The notes beneath the pieces are model-generated. The model did no database searches, was not told the DNA's origin, and saw only the letters and a program-made list of their open reading frames with translations. A program made the translations under genes and the position numbers. Positions 22,825 to 32,888 of a stretch of 64,000 nucleotides of DNA are shown in pieces. The stretch is from Trypanosoma brucei (Eukaryota): positions 768,001 to 832,000 of the forward strand of contig CP000071.1 of assembly GCA_000002445.1 (NCBI GenBank). Reading direction: 5' to 3'. Position 1 is the first letter of the stretch. Each line of letters starts with the position of its first letter.

Positions 22825-23766
22825 AGGGAGAAAAAAAAAACACAACATTGGGGAAGGAGGTGAACGTTGCAAAGGCTATACGATGCCATCACGTTCCGAA
22901 ACAAAAGGCCGAAGCAGTGCATGAAAAGAGAATAAAAAAAAAACGAAAACCGGCACCATCACCGGCGCACCCTCGGCTCGGCCTAGTAAGATAGAGCAAG
23001 AGGCGTGCAAGTGTTTTAAGAAAAAAAAGATCGGTGGCATAACTCCATTATCCCCTTTTAGGAAGCCCGCATCTGCAGGGCAACAGCGGACAGAACTGCT
23101 CATACGTAGTGTAGTGTATATGACAATCGCTTACATGAGACTGCACCGAACACACGAAGTAGACGTGTTAAACGGTGAAGGAGTTGTTGGGCAATTAGTG
23201 TAACTAACAAAACCAATAAAAGCGGTTGCTTGGGACGCCTATTCGATTCAATATGGTTTAACCAAGGGATGCGCTGTAGGGACCTGGGCACATTAAAACG
23301 TTACTTAGCCCGCGAGCATCACCTGGGTTTCGCAGCCGCATTAGTTTGCAGTAGGTGTATTTATATAAGTTATGAGGAGAGAGATTTTCAACCCATCACT
23401 AGATCTTGTTTTCACGCAATGCACTTAATGTGCCCTATAATATACTGTACGGATAGTTGATGAAATGGAAACTTGCGTCTCTTTAACGGGGTGCCGCTTC
23501 TTGCGCACTGCTAGTTATTCGGGAATAATGTACCTTTTATAAAACGCAAATGGCCTTTTTTGTTTTATTTTGTCTTGTTGTGCCCGTGTATTCCTTGCCT
23601 CTAAAGCGCCTCTACTTGACGCGGAATATGTGGCATAGAGCTGATTTTCGCTTCATCTCCGAAGCCACTCCTTCATTATGCACGAGTTGCTTAACCACAA
23701 CAGCTCGACCTGTTATTATTGCACCCTCGATGCTTTGTGTATTCTTTTTTTTTTTCTACTGCCGCC

Positions 23767-23788
23767 TGTGTGTGTGTGTGTGTGTGTG
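23767..23788. repeat. (TG)11 microsatellite
   Basis: tgtgtgtgtgtgtgtgtgtgtg. Confidence 0.9.
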
Positions 23789-25455
23789 CGTTTGCGCAGG
23801 TGCCCCTGCTGGAAACTGGTGCTTGTTTGTAACCGTGCTTTGCTTACACCTTCCCCTGATACAAAAGGAAGGAAGTTCGTTCTCCTCTTCAACCAACCGC
23901 TGTCACGTGCCAACCTTAATTTACACCCACCAACAAGCGGCCCTTTCATGTGGACTACGGCGGCTGCTTGGGCTCTGGCGGCAAATATGTAAGGGGCTAT
24001 GTGTTGTGAAGGGATTGAAGATACGAACCCAAGGAGGCTGCCAAAAAGCGGGGAAACGTTGGCAAAAAATAATATATATATACATATATAGCGGCATATG
24101 AGGCGGCACAAGCGTAGATACGGCGTCCGATTGATTTTGTTCATTTTGTGGCGAGCCCACTTGTACGCAGTTGGGTTACGTTTCTTTTTTTTTTTTTGGA
24201 ATGGAACACCGCAGAAATAGGAGAGACCTTGGGGACGCAAGTGGAGGATGTGTAGGATTAATGTCACGCCGTAACCACGACGTTCAAAGAAGGTATTGGA
24301 GGGAAAACCGCAAGCGTTACACGGTGATACAACCTCTGCTTTCCGATAGGAAAGGATCCCAACCATTGGACCTCAGAGGGGATGCATGACCAAAATTATT
24401 GTTAACCGAGCAATGCTTTGATGGGGATGATGAATTCTGTCGCTTCCCCTTCCTTATGCTTGCGTGTGTGAGTGGTGGAAAGGCTGCTTATCCATTGGGC
24501 CGCGCTCCCTCTACGCCTCCCATCCCAGAGACCGTAAGAAGGGATGTTGCTAGTTTTTTCTCATTTCCCACCGCCGACTCCACCGGAATGTGCTAGCCTA
24601 TACCCCCTCCTCAGCCCGTTTGGGGCGTCGCAACCGACCTCTCGACGCGTCGACGGCTGCCACCTCTACCTTAACTTGCCGTCGTTTTCTTAACGCAGTT
24701 GTGCTTTTCTGTCACGCTCGTCTTTCCCGGTGACAATACTTGTTTCCTTTCCCTGCTGGCTGTGTTGAAACGGATCCACCCAGCCCGTTGAGACCCCTCC
24801 CCCTTTGCTTGAATCCCCCCACCCCATGTGTGCCCGACATTTGAAGTGGTTTATAGCGCTCGGCTGATTCGCCATGCCCGGCCGGTAAATGGTGCCCACC
24901 CGTCGGTGTGTGAGAATGGTCGTTTTAGCCCTTACTCTGCAGTTAGCTCCCTTCCGTTGCCTCGCCTACCACAACCTTCACATGCAACGGATCCCTTTCA
25001 CTGTGCTAAAGCGCTGCGGCCTCCACAACCCATACCAGTCCGATGTGTCTTCGGGCGCCTGGTTACATCATCCCTGTTAGCGATCCCCATCCCTCACCCT
25101 CTTTCCTCAACACCCTGTTCGGACGCGCCGTCCACGGTCTCTCCAGTACGTCGGCACACTTCAACGAGTCGTGGAACCGTTTCTTTACCTCGGTTGCCTG
25201 AAGCTTCTCGAGTGGTTACTTTTATGTCTTCTTCAAGGAAAGTAGCGATATTCGGTTCAAAGTTGGAAACATTTCCCCTGTCCTGTAGCCGAAGGTGACG
25301 TCGCAACGCTGTCCAGTGGTGTCCGACATCCAATTGCTGGCTGCTGTTACGATTTGGCCTTTCGTGATCCACTCAGCAGGTAATCTCCGGCTGTGAACCC
25401 GCCCCGCAGCGGCTTAACCGTGAACTTGTACGTCAAAAGCAACGGTCGCTGCGTG

Positions 25456-25528
25456 TCCTCCCTGGCGCAGTCGGCAGCGCGTTAGGCTGTTAACCTACAG
25501 GTCGTTGGTTCGAATCCAACGGGAGGAG
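25456..25528 (+). tRNA. tRNA-Asn (anticodon GUU), 73 nt
   Basis: Hand-folded cloverleaf. Acceptor stem TCCTCCC/GGGAGGA (7 bp, U1-A72). D-arm GCGC-AGTCGGCA-GCGC. Anticodon arm TTAGG-CTGTTAA-CCTAC (loop CU-GUU-AA). Variable loop AGGTC. T-arm GTTGG-TTCGAAT-CCAAC. Discriminator G. A T7 run follows immediately. The body closely resembles canonical eukaryotic tRNA-Asn. Confidence 0.85.
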
Positions 25529-25529
25529 C

Positions 25530-25536
25530 TTTTTTT
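25530..25536 (+). terminator. Pol III terminator T-run after tRNA-Asn
   Basis: ttttttt immediately 3' of the tRNA discriminator base. Confidence 0.7.
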
Positions 25537-25607
25537 CCATAGCGAGTGACGCTGTCTGTTCGAAATTGAAATTGAGTAAAGTCCGATATGATTGAGTGTG
25601 TTGGGGG

Positions 25608-25612
25608 AAAAA
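25608..25612 (-). terminator. Pol III terminator T5 (A5 on + strand) after minus-strand tRNA-Trp
   Basis: The minus strand reads CTTTTTCCCCC directly 3' of the tRNA. Confidence 0.6.
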
Positions 25613-25613
25613 G

Positions 25614-25685
25614 TGAGGACTGCAGGGATTGAACCTGCGACCCCTGGATTTGGAATCCAATGCTCTACCACTGAGCTAAGCCCCC
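25614..25685 (-). tRNA. tRNA-Trp (anticodon CCA), 72 nt
   Basis: The minus strand reads GGGGGCT-TA-GCTC-AGTGGTA-GAGC-A-TTGGA-TTCCAAA-TCCAG-GGGTC-GCAGG-TTCAATC-CCTGC-AGTCCTC-A. The acceptor stem has two G-U pairs. The anticodon loop is UU-CCA-AA. A T5 terminator lies downstream. Confidence 0.85.
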
Positions 25686-26589
25686 GTCGCCGGTCTAGAC
25701 AGGTTTAAATATCTAGGTATACTGATTCACCGCTTGTCCACTCTGTCCTTTGGCTATCTGATCGGAACATTCGGTGGGTGCCGGCCTGCGGTCACATAGG
25801 TATAGCGATGTCATAATGTTGAGACACTTTTTCACTGAATTTTGAACCGCTTTAGCACGTGGAACGTAGCACGTTAAATCTGTGCGGCAAACCCCATAAC
25901 AAATGAAAAATACCCGCCGTTCCCATGCATTCGAGAGGAGTTCAATTCTCCATGAGAAAGGGGGGTAATTGCATGGTCCCCCCTCCCCAGTGGACGGGAG
26001 AAAGAGCTTTATGGAGTTAGTCCCTTTGCATCAAGTGAGGCACTGTCCTTTCGGATACCCTGTAGCTGCGGGGTGCGTATGGCAACGGGGACTTCAAAGC
26101 CTGACGTGGCAGGCTGTTTCGACCACTTGCTTGGCTGGTGGGCTTTGGGCTTCTAGGTCACCAGTTCCCCATTGTCTCTCCCTTAACTAGTTTTTTTTTT
26201 TGCCTTCATCCTCTTCGTGGTGTTCTTTCCTTCGTGTGGCGTCCGCCGGCGCGTCGTTGGCCACCGTTTTGCCCCGTTACGTTTGCCGTGCTCAGTGTGA
26301 CATCGCTCCGACCTCACGTTCATACACAGTGCGACTTCATTATCAACTGTGTCTTTTCTGTTGTCTAGCTCAGCCTCTGGGTGATGGGCGTCTGCAAGCG
26401 CCGCTCTTACCCACCCCTGATTGCTATGTATCTGCGCGGGTGGGGCCACCTTCAACCGCACAGCGACTTTTTTAAATAGGCACTTACATTTACCTACTTC
26501 GTCCCTCTTCTCTTAACATCGTGGGTTGCTTCACCCGGTTTTCGGTTGTTGTTAACACTTGTAACTTTGGATTAGATCGGTAAATATAT

Positions 26590-27876
26590 ATGCTCAGAAG
26601 AGCGGTACCCCGTTTTTTCAGCAGGACGCGTCCGGCCCTTGTGAATTTACATGCAAGCGAGTTGTCGACACCGGATAGGTCAACCGTTAATTCAACCAAC
26701 AGGAAAGAGCTCAAAACGCCCCTTTGCGTCGAGTTGATAAGCAAGATGTCATCACAAGGGTATTTTCCGATGTCACAATTTGTTAAGGAATGTCTAACGC
26801 ACCCTCAACATGGATATTACTCGACGAAGAAAAATGTAATAGGTAGCGAAAAGGCTGATTTTATCACAGCTGCTGAGATACCGTTCTTTGCGGACATTGT
26901 TTCGGCCTGGATAATGGACGTATGGCAGAAGATGGGTACTCCACGGGTTCTTCATCTGGTTGAGCTGGGTCCTGGAAGAGGAACGCTGATGAAGAACATT
27001 CTGAAACAAATAAAATACTCCAACCCCCACTTGCTCCATTTTTTGCAGATTCACCTTGTCGAAGTAGGTGCCGCTCGAACGGACGAGCAAAGGAGTGCGC
27101 TAAGTGAGTTTCAAACTGCCCAAAAGAAGATAAAGTGGTGGATGGGATTAGAGTCCATTCCCTTGACGTTAGAACCCACCGTATATATTGCAAACGAGTA
27201 CTTTGACGCACTGCCGGTAGCACAGTTTCGTTACACAGAGCGTGGATGGGTGGAAACGTGTTTAGAGGTTGACGAAGATCCAGCTCACGAAGCTCATTTT
27301 CGGATGGTACATGCGCCTTCTGGGTCTTTTTCGGCATACCTCATTCCCAACGATGTCCGTGCGAATGGAAAAATTGGTGATTGTATCGAAATAAATGCTG
27401 TTGGAATGCAAACAATGGAGCTCATTATGAAAAAGATGGTGGAGTGCCAAAAATCAGCATGCCTCATCGTGGACTACGGGAAGGATGAGCACATGCACAG
27501 CACACTGAGGGGAATTCGAGGTCACAGATTCGTCGATCCACTTCTTTCTCCTGGAGAAGTCGACCTGTCTTCATGGGTCAGCTTCAAACAGCTACGATGG
27601 TCGATGGAGCGACTGGAGACTGCCAGGCGCCATCTTAAATGGTTTCCCGTTATATCCCAAAGCGAATTTCTCCAGTGGGGTGGGATTGATGTAAGGCTTG
27701 CGCATGTCATAAAGGATGAGGAAACCAAAAGCGCGATGAAAATATTGCAGAACTACCGCAGACTTATGGACAAGAACGAAATGGGGGAAAGCTATAAGGT
27801 GTTTGCTCTACAAACACGAAATTTCCCCAACGTATCGCCCTTTTTTCAAGAAGCCGAGCTTCCCTCTTCGTTGTGA
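26590..27876 (+). CDS. NDUFAF7/MidA-family (DUF185) SAM-dependent protein arginine methyltransferase, a mitochondrial complex I assembly factor homologue
   Basis: Signature ...AAEIPFFADIVSAWIMDVWQKMGTPRVLHLVELGPGRGTLMKNIL (ELGPGRGTL is diagnostic for this family). The N-terminus MLRRAVPRFFSRTRP looks like a mitochondrial presequence. ATG at 26590. Confidence 0.85.
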   Translation: MLRRAVPRFFSRTRPALVNLHASELSTPDRSTVNSTNRKELKTPLCVELISKMSSQGYFPMSQFVKECLTHPQHGYYSTKKNVIGSEKADFITAAEIPFFADIVSAWIMDVWQKMGTPRVLHLVELGPGRGTLMKNILKQIKYSNPHLLHFLQIHLVEVGAARTDEQRSALSEFQTAQKKIKWWMGLESIPLTLEPTVYIANEYFDALPVAQFRYTERGWVETCLEVDEDPAHEAHFRMVHAPSGSFSAYLIPNDVRANGKIGDCIEINAVGMQTMELIMKKMVECQKSACLIVDYGKDEHMHSTLRGIRGHRFVDPLLSPGEVDLSSWVSFKQLRWSMERLETARRHLKWFPVISQSEFLQWGGIDVRLAHVIKDEETKSAMKILQNYRRLMDKNEMGESYKVFALQTRNFPNVSPFFQEAELPSSL

Positions 27877-28180
27877 GAAATATGGTGGATACCGAGTAGG
27901 ATCCCCTCTTTTACATTTTTAACGTTCAAATATCGGATCATGAACATGCTGTATTGAGTTATAAAGCAATTAACAGCACTAACGACTTTGCGATGTGTAT
28001 TTCGATGTAAAGAAGTTCTTGCTTCGTATGAGTTTCTGACTTGTAGGGGTGAGCAACATCTCTTGTTTTCTTTCTTTAGCATTTACCGTTTTCAAGACCC
28101 AACCAAGGTATCACAAAATTACTTGTAACCTTTAAATCTCTTCTGTTACTTACATATATCGTCACAAATAATCTAATGAA

Positions 28181-30142
28181 ATGCGGTGGATCCCTGCAGT
28201 TCCACATGTAGCGTTGACCACTGTAAGAAGCGTTTCAAACGCTGAATGCGTTTTAGCCATTAACGGCGCCGGGCTGGGGTTATCGAAGCGGGGGTGCATT
28301 TCCAGCCGCTCACCGATGTTTTCTCAAAGGTGTTTCTATACTGTTGGGAGGGATGGTGCCGTAAAGTACCGCAATGTTGTAGAAAACACCCTTGCTGACA
28401 CCCCCTCCGGGTATATTCAGGATCCCGCTAATTACCCACCGCAAATGGTTACATACAACAAGGTTACACCTGAAGCGCAGGCCACACTTGACGAAATGGA
28501 ACGTGAAAGGGAGTTGATGAATCGTGAGGAGTTAATGTACAAAGGTTGCACAACAAAAGCGATACAGGAGGCCAAGGCAATTATTTTCAAAGGTGATGCT
28601 ACCCAGAAAGAAATTGAATTAGCGTGTGTCACATTACAGAAATCTCTAGAAGAATTGGTTGGACTGCTTGGGAACACTGTAAACAAGGGGTGCTCGGATG
28701 GGGTTGTTTTCCTCGTTCCTGTCAGTAAAAGCGAAGAAGGGGAAAGGTCAAGTGAAGAACACGTTGTAAATATCGATGATTGCAACCACGTACGTTACGT
28801 TATAGCGTTGGGGAAACGGAGATTGGGTGACTTTGACGGTAGTGAACGTATGTGCATGGACATACTTTCTATCGATCATGGGAGCTGCGATGCGTTGGAG
28901 TGTCTCCTGGAAATTTACACCGGGACTGCTCAACCAGTGAAGATTCGTGGTTTGCTTGACCAGCTGGTAAGGTGGAAGACCGAAAAAAATACAGAAGAGC
29001 AGTCTATGGAGGGTAACGCTGCGAAGATTACTACGAAGTTAAAAAATAACCAACTGGAGTTGGTGGAAGTTGCGTTAGTTCTTCTCTCCGACATCATTGT
29101 TGAGGCTGCTTCGCTGTATTATCTTGAACACAAAGAGGGGTCGACATCAAGATATTTCTACGAAGCTATACTCCCAATTTCCCGTGCATTAGGGCGTCAG
29201 TATACGTCATTACTTTTGGGGTCACTGTTCAGATGCTTGGACGAGCAGCACCTTGCCTCCCTACTGAGGGGCGCCACACTCCACGAATCTGAGCACACTA
29301 TGGGTTTAGTTATTAGTTTCCTCAAAATGTTAATGGCATGTAAACTGTTCCAAGAAGTAGATGACCCGTCGAGGTTTGAGTTTCAAATTTTGTCGAAGCT
29401 GCATGCAGCCCTTCGCCTGAGCGGACGAAAACACGAAAGTTATAAGATATGTGAGCGGTTGATACACTTATATCGAGCCAACTCACTGAAATATCGTTTT
29501 TCTATCGGAAACAATGCGAGCGAAGACAACGTTGATCTTCTCGATGACTTAGAATCGGAATACAAAACTGCCCTTTTCCAGTACGTTGAAGATCGCGCGC
29601 TAGACTCGCTCGTTGTCGGGAAACGTCTTTGCATTCAAGCGATTGAAGAATATCCCGCAGAATCAGCACCATGGGAAACGCTTGCGCTCATCATACACAA
29701 GGAGCAACCCGTAAGTGGCCTAGATGATGCTATAGTGGCCGCAAGGAAAGCCTTTTCTTTAGATCCTCTGAATCTGCGGATCATTTTGACACTAGCCAAT
29801 TTTTACAGAGCCCAGGGACGCCACACTCTCTGTCAAGCCATGATTGATCGCTACAAGCTTTTAAAATATTTCATTGAAATCAATGCCAGCGAGGAAGACA
29901 TCAAGGCTACCTTAGATGATATTGAAAAACTCGAGACCGATTATCCTATTGAACGAGAACCAAATCATGTTGTCACACAGTTCGCTGACATGAAGGAGCA
30001 CATGGAACGTATGGAAATGTCACACACGTACTCTATGCCCATTGACAAGGAGCCACGCGTTTTCGGTGCGCAGCCTGTGACAGTGCCTATCCTGGACCCA
30101 TCTATTAATGTCGACCAGCCTGAGCGGCCGAGAGACATGTAA
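28181..30142 (+). CDS. Hypothetical protein (653 aa) with a probable TPR-like helical repeat region near the C-terminus
   Basis: Long ATG-initiated ORF in the coding orientation. The C-terminal segment AIEEYPAESAPWETLALIIHKEQ...ARKAFSLDPLNLRIILTLANFYRAQGRH has a TPR-like W-LG-Y / A-F-P-N pattern. I recognise no enzymatic motif. Confidence 0.65.
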   Translation: MRWIPAVPHVALTTVRSVSNAECVLAINGAGLGLSKRGCISSRSPMFSQRCFYTVGRDGAVKYRNVVENTLADTPSGYIQDPANYPPQMVTYNKVTPEAQATLDEMERERELMNREELMYKGCTTKAIQEAKAIIFKGDATQKEIELACVTLQKSLEELVGLLGNTVNKGCSDGVVFLVPVSKSEEGERSSEEHVVNIDDCNHVRYVIALGKRRLGDFDGSERMCMDILSIDHGSCDALECLLEIYTGTAQPVKIRGLLDQLVRWKTEKNTEEQSMEGNAAKITTKLKNNQLELVEVALVLLSDIIVEAASLYYLEHKEGSTSRYFYEAILPISRALGRQYTSLLLGSLFRCLDEQHLASLLRGATLHESEHTMGLVISFLKMLMACKLFQEVDDPSRFEFQILSKLHAALRLSGRKHESYKICERLIHLYRANSLKYRFSIGNNASEDNVDLLDDLESEYKTALFQYVEDRALDSLVVGKRLCIQAIEEYPAESAPWETLALIIHKEQPVSGLDDAIVAARKAFSLDPLNLRIILTLANFYRAQGRHTLCQAMIDRYKLLKYFIEINASEEDIKATLDDIEKLETDYPIEREPNHVVTQFADMKEHMERMEMSHTYSMPIDKEPRVFGAQPVTVPILDPSINVDQPERPRDM

Positions 30143-32888
30143 GGTGTTTGGGGTGCACGAAGTTATTTCTTGCTTAGCGTATTAATTTATCGGATGTGAG
30201 CGCCGGTAAGATCTATTATTTTTTTTTTTTTGGAACTGATCAGTGCTTCGCAGCTGCGCTTGCCAGAATGACCAATCTCGACTCATTTAATCTGAACGAC
30301 CACACGCTTAGTGATACATATAGAGAACACCAAGGAACATGGTTTACTAATAAAGCGGGTCCAATTAATCCCAGTGTTGGTATTGACAACATGTGGAAGT
30401 GATAATTACACTTGACTATTCCAAAGGTGAAAAAATCCAACAACGAATTTTCACCGGATGGTTGTGCTTTCACCATCCAAGCAGACCCGTTCGCGTATTC
30501 TATTGATGAACATTGCTTTAACTGGCCGTGATACGTCAGTTGATCTGTAGCATTGTCTGCATTTTTTTTTAGCTGTCGTATATCGGAACTTAGTTTCAGC
30601 ATCGCAAGGGATTGGCTTTCACTTGTCCGGAAATTTTCTTCAATAGATAATGCCGGGGAAGGGCAGGTCGTAACGCCTCCGTCGCCCTTTATGGTGCGAT
30701 TTTTCAGGGGATTGCATACGACATTTTTGCATTCGATTCCACAGAGCCCATTTGCGATATCCTTCTGGGACAAGCTGTTTTGCTGTCCGCGTGTTAACTC
30801 TGAGTTACTGTCGGTGGTAGAGAAGGGATTAACCGAAGATGTTGGGTGGTTAAGCAGGTTAGAATAGCAGTGCAAAGTGAAGGTTCAGGGAGCTACCAAG
30901 TCTGGCGCCGGGTTATTACAGTTACTGTTTGTTTTCTTCACGGATCAGTAGTTTTTCGCTGAACATATAAGATGTATTGAGGTTACGATATGGTGACTGG
31001 AAATAACTTTTTTGCAATCAGCTATGCATACTTATTCTGTGCACCAACTTGTGTGCGCGTGTCAGTCAAAATATCGGTCCAGTCGCCGTGTGATTTACAC
31101 AAAGCGAAGGACCATGTGTTTGCTGGCAGCCTCGTAGGCTGTAAGTTACGAAGTCGCCGCTGTCGAATATTAATGTGTTTTATTGAAATGTGTGAGCTGA
31201 CTGCTTGCTTAGTCCACTGCACAGTGACTAAGTGAGAGAGCTTAAATGAAACAAAGTAAACACATTTTTGAGCCTATCGGAAATTGTACTGGAGGTTGAT
31301 GCGCACAATCCTATAGGAGCGATATGATTCCCTGCACTTGTTAACTATTATGTGGGTCAAGGCTATCATTATACCGAGGTGTGGTGCATCGCGACTTGTC
31401 GCTGGTTTTCTTTAAATGGCACATGTCCTCCATATATACAAAAAGAGCTCTCCTATTTGCATCGCATGGCTTTCAAATGCTTGCGTTGGTTCCATCTGGC
31501 CGTGAGAGTACTGAAACACCGTCATGGCACCTTTTTATCGAAATTTTTCTGGTATTGGGGTGTCTGAATGAATCGTACGATGACGTTAGGAGTGTTTTCC
31601 GGCGCACAAAAGGGTTCTTAATCTGCCATCGCTATTGGTGGATGGGGTTGTCTACAGGATATTTCTTTCTTCTTGTTCTGAAACCTCTTAATATTATTTT
31701 TATCGTGACTCTGTTGGACTGATTACTAGCGTCCCCAGTCGGGGAGCAGTAGTCTTGTGGACCCAGCTGGCGCACCACTAGGACTTCCGTTTGACTGTAG
31801 CTTTCACCATCCAGGGTAACTCCCTGTTTGCAGTTGCTCTGCCCCCTTCAGACCACGCAGGGGGTCCATCCCTTTAACGATTTGCTTCAGTTTGATTGCA
31901 GATTTTATCTCGTAGTGTTTGCTTGATGGTAGCGCATCCTCATTGGCTTTGTTCGAGAGGGTGGAAGTGTCTACTTCAATAATTAACTCAATTTTGGTAA
32001 GGTATTATTGTTCCCTGTAATTATTTACACACGAACAAACTTTAGTGGCACTAGGTGACACTTGCTTACTGCCAAAGGTACCCAATGGAATTAGACAGGG
32101 TTGTTTGGATTTCAACCGGCGTAAGAAGGGGCGAACTGCCCGCCGTCAGTATGGTTGTTGATCGAAAATTTGCTCAGTTTTTACCTGATGTGAATTTAAA
32201 CGCCTAGAAGGAAGGCGGTAGTAATTTCAAAACATACCAAAGATGTGGTCATGCGTGGTTGGTGTATGGTGGTGTATTAACTGATACTACAACTTATTGG
32301 GCACCACGCTGACCCATGTGCAGGACCCAATTTGATGTCTTGAAGGGAAGTGTGTGGTGTACCTTCTATTGAAGAAGGTGTCCGGTTTTAAATACCCTTC
32401 AAGTGTTTGAGGTAGTGAATAAGGTTTTGCGTGTACTGGAAGCACGCCGTGTTATGGCTATGGTCTTCTGACAGCGCAGTTTCGTAGTGCATTGGTGTTT
32501 AGATTTGTCTGGCAGCATAGGAGAGGCGGTTTATTGTCCCTGCTCGATTTTTTTTTCCTTAGCGGCAACAACGAAATATGCCATGCAGTTAGGTACCCGA
32601 CACTCGGTACTAAGTTCACAGCTTGAGAAGGTGAAAAGAGAGCGAAAATGATGGGTGTCCAACGCGTCAACAAGACGGACTCGAAACTTGAAAAGCTATC
32701 TGTAGTGAGATGAGACGTCGAGAAACATCTCTTGATTATTGTTTACCACTACGTGCTGCATCAACTTGTATAATGGAGGGGCCCAGTATCATTGGGCTAT
32801 GCTCCAGCAATTATCCGCTCACATGTGCATAAATGTCCCCCGTTCTTCTTCAGCGTTCGCCTTTATTTTGATCCTGCTTATAGGTATC

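Noticed and set aside
24828-25298. 156-aa + strand ORF upstream of tRNA-Asn
   Set aside because: The composition is Pro/Ser/Arg-rich and random-looking, from a C-rich region. There is no recognisable domain, and the start context lacks a convincing pyrimidine tract. It is probably not coding.
25920-25960. tRNA-like T-arm GGAG-TTCAATT-CTCC near 25930
   Set aside because: No complementary acceptor stem, D-arm or anticodon arm could be folded on either strand. It is an isolated hairpin, not a tRNA gene.
26075-26110. CTTCAAA heptamer resembling a tRNA-Sec (UCA) anticodon loop
   Set aside because: The flanking sequences (GGGGA / GCCTG) are not complementary, so no anticodon stem forms. It is not a tRNA.
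30240-30875. 211-aa minus-strand ORF in the 30-32 kb ORF-free region
   Set aside because: It is antisense to a strictly + strand transcription unit. It has no motifs and no upstream minus-strand pyrimidine tract/AG. Such ORFs arise by chance at this GC content.
32739-32888. N-terminal 50 codons of the track ORF for the first SET gene (TTG start at 32739, ATG at 32799)
   Set aside because: The track start is a TTG. The residues encoded are hydrophobic/Cys-rich and not part of any domain. A strong polypyrimidine tract plus AG acceptor lies inside this stretch, immediately before the ATG at 32889, so the mRNA most likely begins downstream of it. This remains uncertain, because the ATG at 32799 cannot be excluded without SL-mapping data.
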